The notes under the pieces: model-generated | Seen by the model: the letters and a program-made list of their open reading frames with translations, nothing else | Told to the model about the DNA's origin: nothing | Databases searched by the model: none | Translations under genes and position numbers: made by a program | Shown here: positions 1-13,287 of the stretch, one piece after another | Layout of the letters: the number at the start of each line of letters is the position of its first letter | How positions within the stretch are numbered: the first letter of the stretch is position 1 | Assembly: GCF_001194135.2 (NCBI RefSeq) | Contig: NC_068988.1 | Coordinates: forward strand, 83,741,044-83,805,043 | Length of the DNA: 64,000 bases | Reading direction: 5' to 3' | Source of the DNA: Octopus bimaculoides | Taxonomy: Eukaryota

Positions 1-975
1 GTGTAGCTGCTAGAATAAGAATAGCCTGGACAAAGTTCAGTGAACTCCTACCTCTGCTGGTGACAAAGGGACTCTCGCTCAGAGTAAAAGGTAGACTGTA
101 TGATGCATGTGTGCGAACAGCCATGCTACACAGCAGTGAAACATGGGCTGTGACTACTGAGGACATGCGTAAGCTCGCAAGGAATGAAGCGAGTATGCTC
201 TGCTGGATGTGTAATGTCAGTGTGCATACATGACAGAGTGTAAGTGCCCTGAGTGAAAAGTTGGACTTAAGAAACATCAGATGTGGTGTGCAAGAGAGAC
301 ACTGCGCTGATACGGTCATGTGCTGCGAATGGAAGAGGACAGCTGTGTGAAAAAGTGTCACACCCTAGCAGTAGAGGGAACCTGTGGAAGAGGTAGACCA
401 GGAAGACATGGGATGAGGTGGTGAAGCACAACCTTTGAACATTGGGCCTCACCGAGGCAATCACAAGTGACTGAGCTCTTTGGAGATATGCTGTGCTTGA
501 GAAGACCCGGCAAGCCAAGTGAGACCATAACCATGGCCTATGCCAGTGCAGCATAACCAGTTCATTTAAGAGTATACTTCAATCATTGGGCAATAAACTG
601 CAATTTCGAAGACCCGTCGAGGCAAGTGTCATTGATACTTGTGCCAGTGGCACATCAAAAGCACCATTCGAGCATGATCATTGCCAATGCCGCCTGACTT
701 GCTCCCGTGCCGCTGGCATGTAAAAAGCACCATTCAAACATGGTCGATGCCAGTACCACCTGACTGGCTGTCATGCTGGTGGCACATAAAAAGCACCCAC
801 TACACTCTTAGAGTGGTTGGCGTTAGGAAGAGCATCCAGCTGTAGAAACTTTGCCAGATCAGATTGGAGCCTGGTATAGCCTTCTGGCTTGCCAGCCCAT
901 AGTCAAACTGTCCAACCCATGCCAGCATGGTAAGTGGACGTTAAACGACAATGATGATGATGATCATCATCATCA
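1..975 (+). mobile_element. RTE-clade LINE 3' fragment with repeat-containing 3' UTR and (GAT)n tail
   Basis: Degenerate ARIRIAW.KFSELLPLL..KGLSLRVKGRLYDACVRTAML..SETW motif, about 65-bp tandem UTR units, tail GGACGTTAAACGACAATGATGATG. Confidence 0.85.
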
Positions 976-1150
976 TCCTGGACAAGTGAATTCTACTATA
1001 GCCTTGGGCCAGCCAATGACATGTTAGAGATGTGTGCATGAGTGTGTACATGTATATATGTGTATGTATATGTCTGTGTTTGTTGTCATATGTTTACATA
1101 CTGACACTATTTGAGCAATAATGTAAACTATTTGTTTACATCTCATTTAA

Positions 1151-1384
1151 CCCTTTCATTACCATACTTCTGTTGGAAGTATGGTGACAAGAACATTGCT
1201 CTTGTTTCAGTTTATTTGAAAATAATGAAGAATTTAATTAATTACTTTTTTCCTTATTAAGCCGGTGGTTGAAGCATAAATTAACATGAAATTATGGTGG
1301 AAGGCTTTAATTTAGATCACTTTAAAACAGGCACCTTATATCATACAACTGGGGATGGTCTTGGGTGGATTACCATCATAAGGG
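1151..1384. mobile_element. piggyBac-type MITE
   Basis: TTAA|CCCTTT ... AAGGG|TTAA termini; the internal sequence recurs near 4660, 5080, 35575, 49945, 55920. Confidence 0.7.
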
Positions 1385-1769
1385 TTAAGCAATATGACTT
1401 GCAGCTTGGCGGTTTTGCTATGTAAAGACTAGTGGAATAAAAATATCTTACTTAAAAGACAAGGATTAGTGACAGGAATAGCCATAGAATACTGGCAATA
1501 ATAATTGTCCTACCAAGAAACAGCTGTATGGAGATCTCCAGCCTGTCTCCACCATTATAAAGGAAATGTGCTTGCATTTTGCATGACATTGCTGGTGAGC
1601 TAAACAAGAGCTGGTAGTTCCTAATTTAATTATTTTCAACAGTTGTTTCATTAGGAATAAACATCATTAATTCCATAATTATAATCATGCAATTATGGAC
1701 TTAATGAAATAACAGTTGAAAGTAATTAAATTAGGAAGTATCTGTGAAGCTTATACTTTTCTGCCTATA

Positions 1770-1939
1770 GTCGCAGGAGTGGCTGTGTGGTAAGTAGCTT
1801 GCTTACCAACCACATGGTCCCGGGTTCAGTCCCACTGCGTGGCATCTTGGTCAAGTGTCTTCTACTATAGCTTCAGGCCGACCAAAGCCTTGTGAGTGGA
1901 TTTGGTAGACGGAAACTGAAAGAAGCCCGTCGTATATAT

Positions 1940-1973
<34 letters not shown>

Positions 1974-2085
1974 ATGCGTTTGTATGTCTGTGTTTGTCCC
2001 GCCAACATCGCTTGACAACCGATGCTGGTGTGTTTATGTCCCCGTAACTTAGCGGTTCAACAAAAGAGACCGATAGAATAAGTAC
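1770..2085 (+). mobile_element. tRNA-derived SINE (head + core + microsatellite + tail), cut by gap
   Basis: A-box-like TGGCTGTGTGG, B-box-like GGTTCAGTCCC; near-identical copy at 60720. Confidence 0.85.
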
Positions 2086-2127
2086 NNNNNNNNNNNNNNN
2101 NNNNNNNNNNNNNNNNNNNNNNNNNNN
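2086..2127. other. Assembly gap
   Basis: Run of N. Confidence 1.
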
Positions 2128-2646
2128 AAAATATTTATTTTTCATCCCCTTTCGAAATTATCCCTACTTTTTGTGGTATGTAGTCTTGCTGCTATTTCTA
2201 GCGGGTTAGATGTCCTATTACAGGCATCTCTGTATTTTAAATGAATAACACATAGTCTATTGACTGTTTTTTACCCTTGCTAGGCCACTGGTGGTAAATA
2301 AAATTTCTAAAATTCTTTTACTACCCTGTATTTTATTAATATATATATATATATATATAATTTAGAGAAAAGAACTAAAATTCATGAACTCATCCATGAA
2401 AATCCATTATATACTGTGAAACTTAATTTAATTTTAATTTTTGATAAATTGAATTTAATTGAGTTTTTACCTGAAAATTTGGATTTTTATCCCTAATATT
2501 ATTGTTATTATTACTATTATTATTATTATTATCATTATTATATATATGCATACACACACATGTACATATGCATATAGATGTATATATACACACACACACA
2601 AATGCACATACTCTATTGTAAATACGTGTGTGTGCTTGTAACTTAC

Positions 2647-2760
2647 TTGTAATGTTCTCCGTTTGTTATCTTCTGTGTGTATCCATGCTCTCAAAGAAAG
2701 TTCACTAATGAATATTTCTGCAGCCTTAGCAAAGAGGACGGGTGCTTCAGCACTGATCAT
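2647..2760 (-). CDS. NFYC: NFYC exon MISAEAP...KRRTLQ
   Basis: 114 nt, acceptor ctcag, donor gtaagt; lies inside ORF-track ORF 2467..2832. Confidence 0.97.
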
Positions 2761-5700
2761 CTGAGAATAAAGCCAGCAGCACAAATAAGCAATGGAAACA
2801 TAAATGAAAAAAAAACCCAAAAAAACCAACAAATGCAGTGATAAATATGTTTCTACATTTCTTTAGTATTGACACCAATTTTTAGCTAATAAAGATTTCT
2901 TAATAAGGTACATGACCTAAGATTTAGCTATATGCGCAAAGTTGACTTAATAAAAACCATTAATTGATGTCAAATTTATTTTACTGAACTCCAAAAAGAC
3001 AACAGGTAAAGCTGACTTTAGCAGGATTTGAACTTAGAACATAAAGAGATGTAAATGAATGTCACAAAATATTTTATTTGCAACCTATTACCTTTATTAA
3101 TATAATATCAATAATGATTTCTATCCACAAGGCCACACATTTTGGAAGAAAGTAAAAATCAATTTTATTTTTGCATTTAAAGCCTTAAATACTACAAATT
3201 GTTACTCTTTTTCTCTCTCTCTCTTTCTCTTGTTAGTGAGATGCTGATCCAAGTACAGTTATTGACATTAAGGAAATAGGAATTTGATACAGTGTACACA
3301 ATGGAAACCATTAGTTCACAAGATTTGTAGTGGAATCACGGGCAAGCTGACACAGAAAACTTTATATACCACGGATACTCAAGAATAATTATCAGGAAGA
3401 AAACAAAAAATAATAATTTGAATGCATGAAGAGTTTTCCTAAAAATAACTGATAGCTTCTGTCATCTAGATAACATTATTAGCAGTTGAATAGGGTGTTC
3501 TGAAAGCATAGAAACAGAAAAAGAACTGAGTCAAAATGTCCAGGGAGCTATTACTTCTGCAACAAAGGAATTCTCAGTCCAAGTGAAGTGCAATATTTTA
3601 TGGTAGCAAATCACGAATACTGGCTGTAGATGTGTAAAGGTTAGAAAAACATGAAGCAAGCACACATACCACTGGCTATCTAATGTTCATACAACATTGA
3701 TACTTTTAGTTTATCAACCACAAAATGATAAAATACAAATATCACTCATCCAGATTTGAACTCATACCACTAGAAAATGTGTCTAATAATACTCTACAAA
3801 GTTTTTCATACACAGCGAAATAATAATAATTTTTTCTTGGAAAACAATAACTGTGACTATGACTGACAATAAAAAAGATTATGATTATGTTGAACTAACT
3901 TTAACATCTTCATCAAGTTTCATGATTTTCTTTATCCTTGCCAGAGGAAGTTCTTGACTCTTGAATTCATTCTAGGAAAGAAAAACAAAATCATTAGAAA
4001 GAAAGATAGGGGTTAAAAGAAAATGCTTCACTCCATAAAAAAATGAATTTAAACACTAGCATTCAAACAAACTAAAATCTAGAATTGTTTAATCCCTTAA
4101 AGTTTTCCCTTAACTCTCTCATGCAGGTTGTCTTATTCACCTACAGCTAAATCCCAGAGACTCAACACACATGTTTGGCCAGACAATAACTGAAAATCCC
4201 TTGTTGTGCTTCCATAGTAGGCCTTAGACTACACAAGAACACTATCACTACCATCACCACTACAACTGCTGTATCTGAAATAGCAGCAAAATTTGCCTCG
4301 AATCTTAAGCACACTAAGTCTCCCACTCAAATATGTTGTTGTTGCTGTTAAGCTCTTGACCAACAGTAATTAAATAAACCTATAATTAAAGATGTTCTAG
4401 CAGTGCTCATCCTATCTTTTTTTCACTAGTGTATGCATTAATATGTGGTTTCCTTCTTTAACCCTTGGAACCCAAGAATATATTTTAACAGGCCCAATTT
4501 CATTTGACTACATCCTTGGAAGATGCAAAAGTGAGTGACCACATTGTTTTGTATTTACAGCTGAAAACAATGATGCTTTTGGTAATTAGTGAGCCAGAAA
4601 CATAAACCCATGTGTTGTCTATTCCAGTGAGTATAGTCAAATGAATTTATAACCATTAACCTTTTCGTTACCAACCCGGCTGAAACCGGCTCTGGCTCTG
4701 TAGTACAAATGTTTTGTTTTCGTAAGTTTTGAATTAAAATCTCCCACCAAACCTTAGTCACAATTTATGTTCTTAACACTAGCTTAATGATAACTAAGTT
4801 ATTTTACTAAATATTTTGCTATATTTAAAATAACTGAAAGAAATATAGAGCATCTCAAAGTAATTATGGTAACGAAAGGGTTAAAGCATACTTGTGGTTT
4901 CACAGGGATAAGACAATGGAGTATGATTTGAGGGAGACTTAATTGTTATTTCTGGAAAGTCAAACAATAACATATATACTTGTATATTTGGTTTGGTGCT
5001 GCATGGTACTGAGTGTAGATGTGCAGAGGCTAGAGATAACATCCTGGCAAAGGTAATACACAGTACAGAAGACCATATAACCCCTTTGTTATCATATTTC
5101 CATTAAAATACACTTTTGTGTCAGTTGATTTTGACAATAATGAAGAATTTATCAAAATAACTTTGTTGCTATTAAACTATTGTTCGGAATATAAATTAAC
5201 ATACACTTTAAAACAGAACCAGAGGTAGTCTCAGGCAGATTGGTATCAAAAAGGTTGAAAGTTGATGATGATGCACATGTACACAAAATTTTACCCAACT
5301 GTAATAGGATGTCATTAAAAAGAAGTGTGATATTCACGCATGAGATCAAAAGTTTTGAAGGAGGGGGTCTACTTGATATCATTGACCCCAGTATTCGACT
5401 AGTATTTTATTTTATTGAACACGGAGGGATGAAAAGTGGCGCCGACCTCAGTAGGATCTGAACTCAGAATGTGAAGAGTTGGAACAGATACTGCAAAGCA
5501 TTTTTACCAACACTCTTATGATTCTGCTAATCCACCAGCATTAAAATAAATATTCTTTCTACTATAGGCACTAGGCCAGTAGTTTTGGTGGAAGAGTATT
5601 CAATTACATGACCCCTGGGACTTATTCAGCCAGCATGCTGCCTTCAGCCTTATAATGGTTTCTCATTTAGGCATAAGACCAGAGTTTTGAGGGAGGTGGG

Positions 5701-6532
5701 TTGTCAATACCAATGACCCAAGTAAGAGACTGGTACTTTTTTTATCTCCACCAGAGAGATGAAAGTCCTAAATTGACCTTGGAAGGTTCTGGTCTAAGAA
5801 CAAAAATAATCAGAACACATACACAAAGCATTTTGTCCAATGCCCTAAAGATTCAACCTATCTTTCTACTGAATTGATATAATAACACTTCCTTTCAACA
5901 ATTTATTTCTATGTATGTAAACATAGGCAGAGAATGGCTATGTAGTTAAGAAGTTCACTTGGCAGCCATGTGATTCTGAGTTCAACTTTACATTTAATAA
6001 AAACACACACACACACACACACATACACACACACACAAATGTGTTCATGCACACACAATTTATCATAGCAAAATACTGTTTAAGAATGACAGACAATTCC
6101 ATCCATCTTTCCTACCTACTATTCCTAAGAGGGGTCATGGAGGTAGAATCCTCAGCACTTCCTCCGTAGGGTCCTACCAGAAGCAACATCATTCTGGCTG
6201 GAGTCCCAAGCATGACCAACTGAGACCAAGGATATTATCCGACCATGACGGAGGATTAATAACCATAAAAGTTATCAATATTCACTAATTAATCAGTATT
6301 TATCACAATGTATCAGATACACAAGTATATTATCACAAATATAAGTTTTAAAAAAAAGAAAAAAAAAGAAAAACTACAACAATGTCAAAAAACACATGCC
6401 CATCACCTGTGTCATCTTTTTGATTCCTTCTAAACTATGGGGCCAAAATGTCTGTAACATTGTTGTGGCTTCATTTGAAATTCCTGAAGTTGCACTTCCC
6501 GTAGGTTGGTAGACAGGATCATTTCCTGACAT
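2647..6532 (-). CDS. NFYC: Nuclear transcription factor Y subunit gamma, 5' partial gene: join(6532..6407,3971..3900,2760..2647); continues left of window
   Basis: Spliced translation [104 protein letters not shown] matches the NF-YC histone-fold signature ([11 protein letters not shown]...MISAEAP...[16 protein letters not shown]). All introns are GT-AG, phase 0. Confidence 0.97.
3900..3971 (-). CDS. NFYC: NFYC exon [24 protein letters not shown]
   Basis: 72 nt, acceptor cctag, donor gttagt. Confidence 0.97.
4660..4880. mobile_element. piggyBac-type MITE, well preserved
   Basis: TTAA|CCTTTTCGTTACCA ... TGGTAACGAAAGGG|TTAA: 14-bp TIR (1 mismatch) with TTAA TSD. Confidence 0.85.
6407..6532 (-). 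CDS. NFYC: NFYC first coding exon (exon 6539..6407, ATG at 6532)
   Basis: 42 codons ending MTQ; acceptor ttcag before 6539, donor gtgatg at 6406; LQTFWP resembles LQSFWP of vertebrate NF-YC. Confidence 0.92.
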
Positions 6533-7689
6533 GATTTACCTGAATAATAATAATAATAATAATAATAAAAATAATAAATAAATAAATAAACATACAAAAT
6601 CTGTGTCATTCATAATAAAAAAATATTAGACAGTTAAGACAATTGACCACATCATGTCTGGCTCTACTAGCCACAACCCTCTTCTTAAGCAAGACACTTT
6701 CTATTAACATCCTACCTCAAACAGTATACTCTCTGTAAGCAAAGCATGCTCCAAACAATCACAATACAATAAAATATCACAACATATACTCCTACATGAC
6801 CAATATCTGACACTACAACAATTCACACATTTTACACAGCTGCTACCCATTAATATAATGCAATTGACATATTCAGACTCCACACAATCACCATCTGCTA
6901 CACCTGAAATATATAACACCGATCACACACCACAGACTGACTCTATAGAAACACCACTCTACTAAATAACACAACTTGCATACCTTGAAACAATTAAACC
7001 CAATCCTACAACAATGTAAAATTGATGTGGTATATACAAAGATACTTCTATATTTCCATAGACAATACTCCAGGAGACTATATTCTGTGTGTGCTGCATA
7101 ACCCATCGAAAATGGCAAATTCATTATAAATATTAACCTTATTCATTAATATAATCAGAAGAGGGCAGCCTCAGTGCTCTGCTGTTTGCCCTCCGACCAC
7201 CTATACCGGAAGTCTTTCCCCTGAGAACTGCTAACGGTTTACTATACGGAATGCTTCCCCCTCCATCCCTACCTAGTGTCTATCTCCTGTTGAATGTAGT
7301 GATTATGTAGCAAATAAAATGATGGTGTAGTGTATGCAGGTTGAAGGCGATTGTATGTTTACGAGATCTGCCAAATGTGAGCCTTCTTTTCTGATGCATA
7401 ATGCTGCTGTCACCCTCCCAGGGTCTTGCTGGCCCACACCTTCCACACCCTCAGAGTTGGCACATTGAAAGGTAGGTCTGGTGAGATTGTTGAGATGCTT
7501 GAAGGGAGACGTGTTGTGCTGCATCCAAGGTGGAGAGGAAGTTCTATGAGGTTCCTCACAAACAAAGAATGCTGCACCCAGTGTAAACTATGAACACGTA
7601 AGAGGTGCAGTGGAATCCCAGGTAGATTAATAAATAAAGTAGTTTTTTTTTATATGGCAGATGTGCAGGAACAATAAGCACTAAGAGCA

Positions 7690-8088
7690 CATGGGAATAA
7701 GATTTTCTCAAATGCGAGGAGGCTTTCTTGAGGTTGTAAATAGTTTCTGTTACCTAGGTGACCAAATTAGCAATGGTGGAAAATGCTCTGAAAGTATTGT
7801 TTCTAGAATAATTGGGTGGAGGAAGTTCAGAGAGCTATTACCTCTGCTGGCAATAAAAGGAGTGAAAGTTAGACTATATGATGCTTGTGTGTGAACGGCT
7901 ATACTCCATGGTAGTGAGACATGGGCTCTGAATGCAGAAGTCATATGTAGACTGGAAAAAAATGAAGGTAGTATGCTCCATTGGATGTGCAACATCAGTG
8001 CACATGTATGGCAAAGTGCAGATGTATTTAGAGAAAAGTTGGGCATAAGAGGAATCAAATGTAGCATGCAAGAGAGAAGACTACGTTC
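7690..8088 (+). mobile_element. RTE LINE fragment (post-RT region)
   Basis: ORF 7691..7894 EVVNSFCYLGDQIS.GG.CSESIVSRI.GWRKFRELLPLL. Confidence 0.85.
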
Positions 8089-8089
8089 C

Positions 8090-8973
8090 ATCTACACATA
8101 ACAAAACTTTTCCTTCATCCTACCCCAAGAAACCAATCTACATGTCCACATCCCTTTATTGTATTCCTCCTTCATAGGCTATGCCTAGCTCTCATTCCCC
8201 AATCCTGTCTTCACGGTCCTGTTCCTCTGTATCATTGTTATCTGGTAGTCCCTTCCAACTCCACATATACTCAGGTCTTTTGCCACACTTGCACTCTTTA
8301 ATCACTTCTTTCGCAATATCCTGCTACTTGTATTATGGCATTTGACCAGGGTATACTGTTTTTCTCTGTCTTTTGCCACACTTGCACTTTTTAACCTCAC
8401 TTCCTTTGCAATATCCTGCCACTTATATTATGGCGTTCAAACCTCAAGGTATGCCCTGGCACTTGCCACCATCAATATCTCTCTCTTCCTTTACTCAACC
8501 ACCCCATTTATATTCTGATCTGTCTCTTGTGAGTATGCCCAGCATTTTGCCGTCATTTCTATCCTGCTATCTCCCACTCTCTCTCCTCCTGCACTTCCCT
8601 CAGGTTGGGTAACCATGTATTTCCTTTGTGGTAGCACACCTGTTTCTGCAGGTAACCTTGTACTTCCTCTACAGCAAGACACCTGTATTTGTCTTACTAT
8701 AACCTTTTCATCATACAACACAAGATCACCTCCTCCAATGCCTCCTCCCCACTTAAAAGTTTTTTTTTTGTCTTGCAAGTACTTGCTTGTGCCATGTAAA
8801 AAGCACTAAGCCCATTTTGTTGAGTGGTTGGTGTTAGGAAGGGCATCCAGCTGTAAAAATCCTGCCAAAACAGTCACAGAAGTCTGGTGCAGGCTTCTGC
8901 CTGGATGGCTCTTGTGAAACTGTCCCACCCATGCTAGCATGGAAGGCGGATGTTAAACGATGATGATGATGAT
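8090..8973 (+). mobile_element. Long non-coding pyrimidine-rich element ending in RTE-type 3' tail (copy A)
   Basis: Colinear with minus copy 13288..14325; no coding capacity; ends GGATGTTAAACGATGATGATG. Confidence 0.7.
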
Positions 8974-8979
8974 GGAACA

Positions 8980-11900
8980 CTGTTGGGGTTGGGGGCATGG
9001 GTATACCCCTTGCTGAGAAATGGGTTGATAAGGTAATCAAGGTGGTCAGAATACTTAATACTTAAGCTTAGACTAGTGCTGCAGCATGGATTAGCAACCA
9101 TTATCTTGGCTTATGCTCCTTAGCCAGGGCTACCTGATGAATAGAAAGACTGATTTTTATGACACCTTCTTGCAGACTACTTCAGCGACGAATGACAGGG
9201 ACCTTCTCTTTGTGGCTGGCAACTTCAACAGGCATGTTGGACAGCATCCAAGGAGCTTCCATGGTGTACACGGTGGATACGGATTTGGTTCCTGCAATGA
9301 GGCGGGAACCTGGCTGCTGGAGTTCTGTGATGCAAATGATCTTATGATCTGTAATATTAACTTCAGGAAACCTGCTAGTCACCTGTTCACCTACCAGTCT
9401 GTTGAGCACACTAGTCAGATTGACTACATTCTTGCCAGGAAACGGGTAAGATGGCTACTTATAAATGCCAAAACTTTCCCAGGTGAAGAATGCACCCCAC
9501 AACATAGGTTAGTAGTTAGTGACTTCAGGAGCAGGGCTAAATGGCTGCCTAGATGACCAGCATGGAAAAGAAGGGTCAGAGACATTACTTGAAGCTTTTG
9601 ACGAAAAAGAGGATATATAGCATCACATAATGTGGAGGACAACTGGAGGTTCCTACAGGACAACCTGTTGAGGTCCACTGACCAGATCTGTGGCTAGTGC
9701 AAAGTCCCCTCTTGACCTAAGGTAATGTGGTGGTGAAACAATGTAGTTGACAGTGCCATTAAGGAAAAGAAACAGGCATGGAAAGACTAAGTGCGGTGGT
9801 AGCAAGGAATGATATCATTGCCAGAAGGGAAGCTAGGAAACAGGTTTACTCAGCCAGGAGAGAAATGTGTCCGCATAGATGATGGCTCACTTGCATTTAA
9901 TGATGCTGCAAGGAGAGAGACTTGTAGATGCTATTATGAAAGGTTGCTAAATGAAGAGAATGAATGGGAGAAAGAGAGTCTGCTGAATGTTGTCCCAACA
10001 GAGGGACCAGCTATCTGAATTGACAGTACCTTGGTAGATAAAGCAATTAAGGGTATGAAGACAGGGAAAGCCCCTGGCCTATCAGGAATCACTGTAGAGA
10101 TGCTTAAAATATCCAGCAGTGTATGCTATAGTTTAGTCACCCATATAGTCAACTAGGTGATACATGAAGGAGTCATACCCATTGACTGGTGTAGCAGCAC
10201 CATAGTCAACTGCTACAAAGGTAAAGGTGATGCATTAGATAGGAATAATTACAGAGGTATCAAATTGTTGGACCAGGTGATGAAAGTCACAGGGAGAGTC
10301 ATAGCCCAGCTAATTAGGGAGAGAGTTAATTTAGATGAGATGCAGTTTGGGTTTGTGTCAGAGAGAAGTACCACTGATGCTATATTTCTGGTAAGACAGC
10401 TGCAGGAGAAATTCCTAGCCAAAGTTAAACCTCTGTACTTGGCTTTCGTTGACATGGAGAAAGCATTTGACAGGATCCCCCAATCCCTAATCTGGTGGTC
10501 AATGTGGAAACTAAGAATAGATGAGTGGTTGGTGAGAGCTGTACAAGCCATGTACAGGGATGCTGTCAGTAAGGTGAGGGTTGGCAATAAGTATAGTGCA
10601 GAATTCAGTAGAAGTAGGGGTTCACCAAGGATCAGCCCTCAGTCCCCTTTTATTCATCATAGTCCTCCAGGCAATAACAGAGGAATTCAAGACAGGCTGC
10701 TCCTGGGAGTTCCTCTATGCTGATTATGCTGATGACTTGCTCTAATAACTGAGTGACTACTTGAACTAAGAAGTTTCAGGTGTGGAAGCAAGGTCTAGAA
10801 TCGAAGGGCCTTAGAGTTAACCTAGCAAAAACCAAACTCTTAGTAAGTAGGAAGGCAGACAAATCACAAATCCCTTCAGGTAGGTAGCCTGCTCGATCTG
10901 TAGAAAAGGTGTAGGTAAAAGCTCCATAAGATGTACCCAGTGTAAGCTATGGACAATATAAGAGGTGCAGCAATACAAAGGAAGGATGGTTAAAGGTGGT
11001 GAGCTGGCAGAAACAGCATGCCGCGTAAAATGCTTAGCGGTATTTTGCCTGTCCTTACGTTCTGAGTTCAAATTCCACCAAGGTCAACTTTGTCTTTCAT
11101 CCTTTTGGGGTCAATAAATTAAGTACCAGTTGTGTGCTGGGGATTGATAAATTAAGTACCAGTTGCATACTGGTGTCAATAAATTGAATACCAGTTGCGT
11201 ACTGGGGTCAATCTAATCGACTGGCCCCTTCCCCCAAAATTTCAAGCCTTGTTCCTAGAGTAGAAAAAATATCAAAGGAAGGTTAAATGGGAAGATAGTT
11301 TTTGTGTGTGGAAGATGCACAGGGGCAATAAACACCAAAGATGTACAGAAAACAGATTTCATCACATGCCGGGGGAAAAACTAAAAGTAGTTGATAGCTT
11401 CTGTTACCTAGGTGACCAAGTCAATAGTGGGGGTGGGGTGGATGCTCTGAGAGTGTAGCTGCTAGAATAAGCAAAGTTTAGAGAGCTCTTACCTCTGCTG
11501 GTGACAAAGGGCCTCTTGCTCAGAGTGCAAGGCAGCCTGTATGATGCCACAGCAGTGAAACATGAGCTGTGTCTGCTGAAGACATGCGTAGGCTTGAAAG
11601 AAATGAAGCTAGTATGCTCTACAGAATAAGTGCCCCGAGAGAAAAGTTGGACATAAGAAGCAACAAATGTGGTGTGCAAGAGAGATGACTGCACTGGTAT
11701 GGTCATGTATTGCATATGGATGAGGACAGCTGTGTGAAAAAATGCCACACTCTAGCAATAAAGGGAACTTGTGGAAGAGGTAGACTCAGGAAGACCTGGG
11801 ATGAGGTGGTGAAACACAAACTTCGAATGTTGAACCTCACAGAGGCAATGACAAACGACTGAGACCTTTGGAGATATGTTGTGCTTGAGAAGACCCGGCA

Positions 11901-12240
11901 AGCCAAGTGAGATCTTAGTCATGGCCAGTGCCAGTGTTGCATAACCAGCCTGTTTAAAAGTACCCTTCAATTGTTGGGCAATATACTGTGCTTGAGAAAA
12001 CTTGTTGAGTCAAGTGAAATCATTGTCATGGCCAATACTAGTGCTGCCTGACCAGCATCTGTGCTGGTGGCACATAAAAAGCACGCCCTACACTCTTGGA
12101 GTGGTTAGCATTAGGAAGAGCATCCAGCTGTAGAAACCCTGCCAGAACAGAGCCTGGTGCAGCCTCCTGGCTTGTCAGTCTTCAGTCAAACTGTCCAACC
12201 CACACCAGCATGGAAAGTGGACATTAAATGATGATGATGA
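8980..12240 (+). mobile_element. 5'-truncated RTE-clade LINE (endonuclease + RT relics), pseudogenised
   Basis: EN motifs AGNFNRHVG, SQIDYILARK, CTPQHRLVV; RT motifs NYRGIKLLDQVMKV, QFGFV..RSTTDAIF, AFVDMEKAFDR, LLYAD; stops and frameshifts; (GAT)n tail. Confidence 0.93.
10990..11267 (+). mobile_element. SINE inserted into the RTE LINE
   Basis: GGTGAGCTGGCAGAAAC...TTCTGAGTTCAAATTCC family; flanked by AATA(T)CAAAGGAAGG direct repeat (10972-10985 / 11268-11282). Confidence 0.85.
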
Positions 12241-12244
12241 TCAT

Positions 12245-12660
12245 CATCATCATCACTGTTTACACATCCTTTTTTCCATGCTCACACAGGTTGGAAAGAA
12301 TTTGTTGAAGTAAATTTTCTACAGCCAGATGTCATTCTTGTTGCCAAACTTCACCCGTTTCCGGATAAGATATTTTTCCATGGCTGGATATTTTCATGGA
12401 AGATTGGAAATGGACACTGCTTATAATAGTGACACTCATTTGCAACAATTACACAATGTCAAGACTAGGAGACACCAACTTACATACACATATACAATGG
12501 GCTTCTTTCAGCTTCTGCTTACCAAATCCACTCACAAGGCTTTGGTAGGCCAGGGCTATAGCTGAAGACTTGTTCAAGGTGCCATGCATTAACATTGAAT
12601 CCAGAACAAAATGGTTAAGAAGCAAGCATCTTCGCCACACAAGTGCAGCCATGACTGCAC
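12245..12660 (-). mobile_element. SINE with RTE-like tail, tail-to-tail with the preceding LINE
   Basis: (CAT)n then reverse complement of the tail and head seen at 51040-51465. Confidence 0.75.
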
Positions 12661-13287
12661 TTGTCTCCATATTTTTTTATCTTTTATTCAATAGGAAAGG
12701 CAGTGCTCATTACTCTTTATAAGACCTTTGAGACTCATGTGAGGGAAGAGGGTATCCTCAAACCAGACATAAACCTGATTGGTTGCAAAGTGTCAGGTGG
12801 TGGTGTAAACTGGGAAATGTATTCAGTCTACTGAGAGAGTAGACCATAGCAGGATTCAAACACAAAATTCAATGAATCAGAAGAAATACCAAAAGGCATC
12901 CAGTTTAATGTTCTTACAACTCACCAATCCACTGCCCAGAACTAGTACTTTCGTTTTTATTGACACCAAAAGAATAAAAGATAAAGATGACCTCAGTAGC
13001 ATTTGAACTCAAAGGGATGGAGAAAGAGAAAGTTTTCTTGTTTATACACACACACACACATATCATCATCATCTTCCTCACCTCTCCTCCTTCATATACT
13101 ATGCCTAGCTCTCACTCCCCAACCCTGCCCTCATGGCCCTGTTTTTCTGTATCATTGCTATCCAGTAGTTCCCCCGACTATATATACCCAGGTTTTCACC
13201 ACTCACCCCCTGCTTCTCACCCTTTAATCCTGCTTCTTTAATCCTGTGTTCTTTAATCCTGCGCTCTTTAATCTTGCACTCTTTAAT

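Noticed and set aside
1770-1850. SINE heads as tRNA genes
   Set aside because: A/B boxes present but no cloverleaf, and they continue into SINE bodies in many copies.
1-2640. Next NFYC exon (RNDIAMAI...FDFLIDIVPR)
   Set aside because: Not found on the minus strand by eye; presumably left of the window. The 42-nt gap is too small to hide it.
7150-7200. CAGAAGA-GGGCA...TGCCC hairpin
   Set aside because: Both core halves mutated; at best a very old Penelope relic.
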